A stretch of 64,000 nucleotides of DNA from Bacillota bacterium (GTDB lineage Bacteria > Bacillota > Clostridia > Christensenellales > UBA1431). Below the pieces are notes generated by a model. It saw only the letters and a list, made by a program, of their open reading frames with translations. It searched no databases and had not been told where the DNA came from. A program made the position numbers and the translations under genes. Location of the stretch: contig JBMOLJ010000033.1 in assembly GCA_049324235.1 (NCBI GenBank), positions 2,518 to 66,517 on the forward strand. The letters are read 5' to 3'. This document shows positions 58,683 through 64,000 of the stretch, piece after piece. The stretch's first letter is position 1. Each line of letters starts with the position of its first letter.

Positions 58683-60611
58683 TCAGCCCGCTTGCCCGCG
58701 CGTATAGTTAAGCAGGCCGCCGGACAGCATGACTTCCCTGAGCCTTGGCGAAAGCTCAAGTACCGTCGGAATCTCGGTTCCTTTCGTCATGTTCCGCACC
58801 ATGATCCGCGCACCGGCCATGATCTGACCGCGCACATTTTCTATAAGGAGCGCGTCGCCCGTATCGACCCCGTCGTAATCCTCTGGTTTTTCAAAAACCA
58901 GAGGCAGTATGCCTGAATTGATGAGGTTTGCCATATGTATCCTCGCAAAGGATTTTGCGAGCACGGCCCGTATGCCCAGATACAGAGGCACAAGCGCCGC
59001 ATGCTCGCGCGAGGATCCCTGGCCGTAGTTCTGCCCCGCCACCAGAATCCCGCCGCCCGCCGCCTTGGCGCGTGCGGGGAAGGTCTCGTCGACCGGCGTG
59101 AGACAAAAATCAGACAGATATGGTATGTTCGAACGATAGGGCAAGAGCTTTGCGCCCGACGGCATGATATGGTCGGTGGTGATGTTGTCCTCCATCTTTA
59201 GGAGCACCTCTCCCTCCAGGGACTCTCCCAGAGGCTTGCCCAGCGGAAAGGGCTGTATGTTCGGCCCGCGGACCACTTCCACGTCGTCGCCGTCCTCGGC
59301 GGGAGGGACGATCAGATTATCGTTGATGAAAAACGCATCGGGCTGTTCCACGTTGATGGCCTCGCCCAAAAGGCGCGGATCGGCAATATAACCGGTCAGA
59401 GCCGTCGCCGCCGCCGTTTCAGGGCTGACCAGATACACCTCTGCGCTTTTGGTCCCGCTCCTGCCCATGAAATTCCTGTTGAACGTGCGCACCGATACGC
59501 CGTTGGTGCAGGGCGCCTGTCCCATGCCGATACAGGGACCGCAGGCCGATTCGAGGATGCGCGCGCCCGCGGCGATCATATCGGCCAGCGCGCCGTTCTG
59601 CGCGAGCATGGTATACACCTGCTTCGATCCCGGGGAGATCACCAGGCTGACGTCCTTATGGATGGTTTTCCCCTTCAAAATAGCCGCAACCTTCATCAAA
59701 TCGGCATAGGAGGAGTTGGTGCAGCTCCCAATCGCCACCTGGTCGGCTTTGACGGTACTGACTTCTCCCACCACGCAGACGTTGTCGGGGCTGTGCGGAC
59801 ATGCAACGAGCGGCGCCAGGGCATCTAGCGCAATGGTGATAACGCGCTCGTATTCTGCATTCGCATCGGGCTGCAGTTCGCGCCAGTCCTGCTCGCGGCC
59901 CTGCGCCTTCAGGAACGCGCGCGTTACTGCATCGCTGGGGAATATGGATGTCGTGGCGCCCAGTTCTGCGCCCATATTCGTGATCGTCGCGCGTTCGGGA
60001 ACGCTCAGCGTTCGGATACCGTCCCCGCCGTATTCGATCACGCGTCCCACGCCGCCCTTGACGCTCAAAATGCGCAGGACTTCCAGTATAACATCCTTTG
60101 CCGTGACGAACGGGGAAAGCTTTCCCGTCAGTTCAATCTTTATCACCGTTGGCATGTTCAGACGGTACGCCCCGCCGCCCATTGCCACAGCAACATCCAG
60201 ACCGCCTGCGCCGATAGCCAGCATGCCCAGCCCGCCGCAGGTGGGCGTATGGCTGTCCGAGCCTAACAGGGTCATGCCCGGGATACCGAACCTTTCCAGA
60301 TGCACCTGATGGCAGATGCCGTTGCCGGGCTTGGAAAAGTATATGCCGTACTTGGACGCAACCGAGCCGATGTAGCGGTGGTCGTCCGCGTTCTCAAACC
60401 CGGTCTGCAGGGTGTTATGGTCGATATATGCCACGCTGCGCTTTGTTTTCACGCGCGGTACGCCCATTGCCTCAAACTGCAGATACGCCATCGTCCCGGT
60501 GGAATCCTGCGTGAGCGTCTGGTCGATGCGTATCGCTATCTCGCTCCCGACGGTCATTTCACCTTCAACCAGATGTTCTGCTATGATCTTTTGTGCCAGG
60601 TTTTTCCCCAT
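58683..60611 (-). CDS. aconitate hydratase (about 640-aa type)
   Basis: GSDSHT, ACGPCIGMG, and a C-terminal swivel domain with GQNYGQGSSREHAA. Confidence 0.9.
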   Translation of the reverse strand: MGKNLAQKIIAEHLVEGEMTVGSEIAIRIDQTLTQDSTGTMAYLQFEAMGVPRVKTKRSVAYIDHNTLQTGFENADDHRYIGSVASKYGIYFSKPGNGICHQVHLERFGIPGMTLLGSDSHTPTCGGLGMLAIGAGGLDVAVAMGGGAYRLNMPTVIKIELTGKLSPFVTAKDVILEVLRILSVKGGVGRVIEYGGDGIRTLSVPERATITNMGAELGATTSIFPSDAVTRAFLKAQGREQDWRELQPDANAEYERVITIALDALAPLVACPHSPDNVCVVGEVSTVKADQVAIGSCTNSSYADLMKVAAILKGKTIHKDVSLVISPGSKQVYTMLAQNGALADMIAAGARILESACGPCIGMGQAPCTNGVSVRTFNRNFMGRSGTKSAEVYLVSPETAAATALTGYIADPRLLGEAINVEQPDAFFINDNLIVPPAEDGDDVEVVRGPNIQPFPLGKPLGESLEGEVLLKMEDNITTDHIMPSGAKLLPYRSNIPYLSDFCLTPVDETFPARAKAAGGGILVAGQNYGQGSSREHAALVPLYLGIRAVLAKSFARIHMANLINSGILPLVFEKPEDYDGVDTGDALLIENVRGQIMAGARIMVRNMTKGTEIPTVLELSPRLREVMLSGGLLNYTRGQAG

Positions 60612-60652
60612 ACCTTATGTCCTCCGCTTATCTGCTGAATTCCTCTTGAAAC

Positions 60653-60682
60653 ATTGTATCCATGAATGCACTGCCATGTCAA
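60653..60682 (-). promoter_or_regulatory. promoter of aconitase-CHR-CHR-GntR unit
   Basis: TTGACA (60682..60677), 18-nt spacer, TACAAT (60658..60653). RBS GGAGGA follows. Confidence 0.6.
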
Positions 60683-60688
60683 TGCCCG

Positions 60689-62131
60689 CTACAGCGTCAC
60701 CCTGAAAAAGTGGTTTTGCCCGAGCACATCAACCAGGTGAATCGCCGCTTGTGCATTCGGTGGCAGGGCCGCATGGTAAAAGACGCGCAGCTCCGGCGTT
60801 TTCGCGCTCCGGCCATGTATGTCCAGCGCGTGAAAAACACCGTCTTTAATAAACCCCAGTGCAATATAGTCCAGCGCTCCGATTCCTCCTGCATTTTCTA
60901 AAGCGCCCGGCTCGGCAAACGTGCATTCCTCGATCACCGACTCAGGCTGCATCCACGAAAGCTGCTGCTGCGGGCATTCATCCAGAACAAAACCGTTTTC
61001 AGGGAGACGAATGCCGAATTCCCTGATATGCACCGTGACCCCGCCTTCCCCGTCCCTTTCGGCTGCGATACGCAACCGAACCGGAGTGCAGACGGGCATG
61101 TCCCCGAATGTACACCTGAAAGACGCGTTCATATGAAGCAGGCGCTTGCGGCAGACATTGAGCGCATGAACGGAGGAGTCTATCCCTATCGCCTTCCGCC
61201 CCATCCGCGCTGCCGCTTCCAGCGTTGTCCCCGACCCGCAGAACAGGTCCGCGACAACGTCCCCCGGCTCCGAAGAAACGCCGATGATGCGCTCCAGAAG
61301 CGCGTTTGGCTTCTGCGTGTCGTACTGCGTCCTTTCGGGGTCGCGCTGCTGCAGATGCGGGATATCGTCCCATACGTCGCTGACAAATACCGGCGTGTCC
61401 TCGTAATACCTGTATATCTTTCCATTCGAGCGGATGGAAAAGTACACCCGCCCCTTTTCATCCGTCTGCCGTTTCATGTGGTTTCGGCGCTCCTTTCCCC
61501 TTGGCCTCGCTGCCGCCATTGGGTTGAAACGGTATTTTGCGCCTTTTTTATACAAGAAAATCGTATCATGCTTGCGGCTGTAATGCGTGGTTGCGCGGCC
61601 GCCGCTCTTATAATGCCAGATGATCTCGTTTACGAAATTGTTTTGCCCGAACACCTCGTCGAGCAAGAGGCGTATGTGGGCCGAAGTACGGTAGTCCACA
61701 TGCACATAGATACCGCCTTTTTCGTCCAGCAGCCTGTGCGCCGCAAAGAGCGCGCCGCGCATCATGCGCACATATTCTTCCTGCCCGCCCGGGAAGCGGT
61801 CCGCGTAGGCCACATGCGTTATCTGGTTTTTACGGTTGCCTTTATAGCCGCTTTCGCCGACGCGCTGACGGAAGTGGAATTCCTGCCCGGTATTAAAAGG
61901 CGGGTCGATATAAATCAGCTGCACGGATTCCGGCCGCGCGTCAGCAAGCTCCCCTGCCGCCTTCACAGACTCATCCATAATCATGTGGATGCCGCAGCCA
62001 TCATCGGGAGTCCTGTACAGTTCTCCGGCGCATGTGATACGTTCAATTTGCACGGCTTGCCACCCGCTTTTTAAAAAATGTTGTTCTTTTTTCCCGTTTG
62101 GCAATATAATAAAGCAATAGCCCTTGTACAT
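60689..62131 (-). CDS. beta-class (motif IV before motif I) N6-adenine/N4-cytosine DNA methyltransferase with extra C-terminal domain
   Basis: IYIDPPFNTG (motif IV) precedes FCGSGTT (motif I). The NEIIWHYKSGG region is like type III Mod / CcrM-like enzymes. About 130 aa of unmatched beta-rich C-terminus. No nuclease gene adjacent. Confidence 0.85.
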   Translation of the reverse strand: MYKGYCFIILPNGKKEQHFLKSGWQAVQIERITCAGELYRTPDDGCGIHMIMDESVKAAGELADARPESVQLIYIDPPFNTGQEFHFRQRVGESGYKGNRKNQITHVAYADRFPGGQEEYVRMMRGALFAAHRLLDEKGGIYVHVDYRTSAHIRLLLDEVFGQNNFVNEIIWHYKSGGRATTHYSRKHDTIFLYKKGAKYRFNPMAAARPRGKERRNHMKRQTDEKGRVYFSIRSNGKIYRYYEDTPVFVSDVWDDIPHLQQRDPERTQYDTQKPNALLERIIGVSSEPGDVVADLFCGSGTTLEAAARMGRKAIGIDSSVHALNVCRKRLLHMNASFRCTFGDMPVCTPVRLRIAAERDGEGGVTVHIREFGIRLPENGFVLDECPQQQLSWMQPESVIEECTFAEPGALENAGGIGALDYIALGFIKDGVFHALDIHGRSAKTPELRVFYHAALPPNAQAAIHLVDVLGQNHFFRVTL

Positions 62132-62135
62132 ATTC

Positions 62136-62165
62136 AGTATAGATAGTTTATGGAATTCAAGTCAA
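62136..62165 (-). promoter_or_regulatory. near-consensus promoter abutting the methyltransferase ATG
   Basis: TTGACT (62165..62160), 18-nt spacer, TATACT (62141..62136), then GAAT and the ATG. No Shine-Dalgarno sequence. Confidence 0.5.
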
Positions 62166-62175
62166 GCTTGGGAGT

Positions 62176-62460
62176 GTGCATGCCGTGGACAGAGTATGGG
62201 CCGTTATCAGGACCGACCAAAAAATAACAAACAGCTGTGACCTGCACTGTGCTGCTCAGTTCTGGAGGCATAAGGAAACGCTTTCCGCTATTTTGGAAAC
62301 GCTGTGCCAGAGGCTTGAAATCTCGCATCCCGTATGGCTGAGCAAGCATACGCGGGAAATGGACCGGTTCGGACGCACGGATTTCCGTGAAGAGGACTTT
62401 ATGGAGAGCATTTTTTTCGATGCCCTGGAACTTGAATTTATCTCCGAGAAAACGAAATAA
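62176..62460 (+). other. questionable small ORF or gene remnant (94 codons)
   Basis: Protein-like acidic sequence (...PVWLSKHTREMDRFGRTDFREEDFMESIFFDALELEFISEKTK). Only a GTG start 1 nt after GGGAG, and no room for a promoter. Family not recognised. Confidence 0.25.
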
Positions 62461-62653
62461 ATATTGCTTATTAAACAAACCGCACACTATGGCGTTCTGT
62501 GCAGCTCCACACTGCAACTTAGCCGCTTTTCGCTATTTCACATTATCCTTTTCTGGTAAATTTAATACGGTAAAAATTACATTTTGCATAAAATGAAACA
62601 AGCTACGGTATACTACCATTACGTTCATAATTAATATGAAAGGAGTGGATTTT

Positions 62654-62872
62654 TTGTATACCTTCGAAAAAATCGCGCTGACGCTTGTAATAATCGGCGC
62701 CCTTAACTGGGGTTTAATAGGCTTTTTTAATTATGACCTGGTTGCCGCCATTTTCGGTGGCGCTATTACTGCCGGCGCGCGCGTCGTCTATGCGCTGGTC
62801 GGCCTGGCCGGCCTGATATGCCTGGCTCCCCTGTTCAGATGCGACCGCCATGAACGCCATGACCATGATTAA
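62654..62872 (+). CDS. DUF378 family small membrane protein
   Basis: EKIALTLVIIGALNWGLIGFFNYDLVAAIFGG signature. Start moved to TTG 62654, 8 nt after AAAGGAG. Confidence 0.8.
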   Translation: MYTFEKIALTLVIIGALNWGLIGFFNYDLVAAIFGGAITAGARVVYALVGLAGLICLAPLFRCDRHERHDHD

Positions 62873-62923
62873 ATCAGTGAAACACCATTTTAATAACCAA
62901 TAATTGCAACTTTACAGCCAACG

Positions 62924-62968
62924 AAAAAAGTACGCACACCTGTTTTAAACAAGTGCGCGTACTTTTTC
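62924..62968. terminator. bidirectional terminator between convergent genes
   Basis: AAAAAGTACGCACAC...GTGCGCGTACTTTTT. Confidence 0.75.
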
Positions 62969-63019
62969 TAACTTACGAAAGCCTTATTCTATGGCTTTAC
63001 GACTGACAAACGGTCAGGC

Positions 63020-64000
63020 TTACGCCGCTTTCTCTTTGGGCGTGCCGTTCAGGACTGCCACGATCAGGCAGATCGCGATGATGACCAAAGGAACAGCGAT
63101 TCCTGCTGTGTTGAGTCCCAGCAGCGGGAACAGTGTCATCGTGCACAGGGACAGGGTTGCGATTGCCATTGCCGGCGGGTCAACGTGGAAGTCGCCGTAG
63201 GTGTAGAAGCAGTCTGCCCAGAAGTCAGCGATGAACGCACCGGCCATACCAATGCCAAGGCCCCAGATAAGCGCGTCGCCCAGCGCCACACCTGCAATAC
63301 CGGTGGCTGACGCCCCTACGAGCATCGAAACAGCATACCCTGCAGGCAGTGTAATGTGGTGCGTAACGGGGATTTCCCAGCCAATCAGCAGCATGAACAG
63401 CGATGCGGCCGAGATGAAGAATCCGAGGAACGGAGCGAACCCTGCGGTCGCCGGGTACTGGAACAGAAGATAGGTGCCTGCTGCGGATACGAGCGCCCAG
63501 CCGATGGAGATGGTGACCTTCTGCCAGCCAGCGCGCTGCCAGGGCAGCCATGCGGCATAGTTATGTCCGCCGAAGCGGCCGCCGACACCCTTGATTTCCT
63601 CGGAAACGGTGCCGAAGATTTTACCGCCGTCAAAGATGGCCTTTGCGAGCACCGACAGCACGAAGATTGTCGCCGCCGCGCCGTCGATTGCCAGGCCGAT
63701 GTAAGCGGGGTCAGTCAGCAGAAGCATGCATACACGACCGATCACAGCGGCAATACCGGAAACCAGCAGCACGTCGGGCTTCTTGAGTCCGGTCAGCGCC
63801 AGGCCGGCCGCGCCCTTGGCAGACTCGATGTAGCCCATTTTACGGGCATAGCCGCATGCAACGGCCGCGCCGAAGAATGCGTACATCGGGTGCCACCAGA
63901 ATCCGAACGGGACGCCTACGATGAAGGGGATTCCCGTTCCGCCGGCTGCAACGATTGCGGCGTCTACGCCCATGCCCGCCAGGCCGACAAGGCCTGTAAA
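63020..64000 (-). CDS. polytopic membrane protein, family not recognised (5' end probably outside window)
   Basis: Highly hydrophobic with many predicted TM segments. The frame stays open upstream of the track ATG 63973 through to the window edge (FTGLVGLAG). Confidence 0.55.
   Translation of the reverse strand, partial: FTGLVGLAGMGVDAAIVAAGGTGIPFIVGVPFGFWWHPMYAFFGAAVACGYARKMGYIESAKGAAGLALTGLKKPDVLLVSGIAAVIGRVCMLLLTDPAYIGLAIDGAAATIFVLSVLAKAIFDGGKIFGTVSEEIKGVGGRFGGHNYAAWLPWQRAGWQKVTISIGWALVSAAGTYLLFQYPATAGFAPFLGFFISAASLFMLLIGWEIPVTHHITLPAGYAVSMLVGASATGIAGVALGDALIWGLGIGMAGAFIADFWADCFYTYGDFHVDPPAMAIATLSLCTMTLFPLLGLNTAGIAVPLVIIAICLIVAVLNGTPKEKAA

Noticed and set aside
61028-62074. 348-aa plus-strand ORF opposite the DNA methyltransferase.
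   Set aside because: Antisense shadow. The methyltransferase motifs IV and I are in the minus frame.
62134-62517. 127-aa minus-strand ORF immediately upstream of the methyltransferase. Considered as a possible partner gene (controller or nuclease fragment).
   Set aside because: It has a TTG start, no RBS and an odd composition. It also runs through the TTGACT-N18-TATACT promoter, so it is not supportable as a CDS. The region is reported as a finding instead.

Overview
This is a GC-rich chromosomal segment from a spore-forming Firmicute of the Clostridia type. It has spoIVFA/spoIVFB, the L27 propeptide protease Prp and an rnfCDGEAB operon. Almost all genes are on the minus strand. Most of it is core housekeeping. 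In window order: hslO (partial), a lysine riboswitch driving asd-dapA-dapB, purEFMNHD, guaB, ogg, rplU-prp-rpmA, RNase G with a radical-SAM pair, spoIVFA/B, rodA-minEDC-PBP2-mreDCB, maf, rnf, a Na/Pi transporter, trmL, an Lrp regulator with an aminotransferase, rex, a GntR regulator, a split chromate-transporter pair and aconitase. I saw no rRNA, tRNA, CRISPR array, transposase or integrase. Small accessory insertions break the conserved order: (i) a PadR + 2xDUF1048 cassette; (ii) arsM plus a YbjQ-domain fusion protein between maf and mreB; (iii) a DUF2752 gene with three tandem CD225/dispanin (IFITM-like) paralogs; (iv) three tandem VanW-domain envelope proteins plus a truncated fourth copy; (v) a solitary beta-class DNA methyltransferase whose near-consensus promoter abuts its ATG, next to a decayed AT-rich stretch. 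The most notable sequence-level observations are DapB fused to aspartokinase-type ACT domains, matching Rex-like operators overlapping extended -10 boxes in front of rnfC and rex, and a perfect 16-bp palindrome between rnfB and maf. I found no defence island or other multi-gene novel system with clear hallmarks. The CD225/DUF2752 cluster, the orphan methyltransferase locus and the YbjQ fusion are the best candidates for uncharacterised biology. All family calls come from motif recognition by eye, not from searches.
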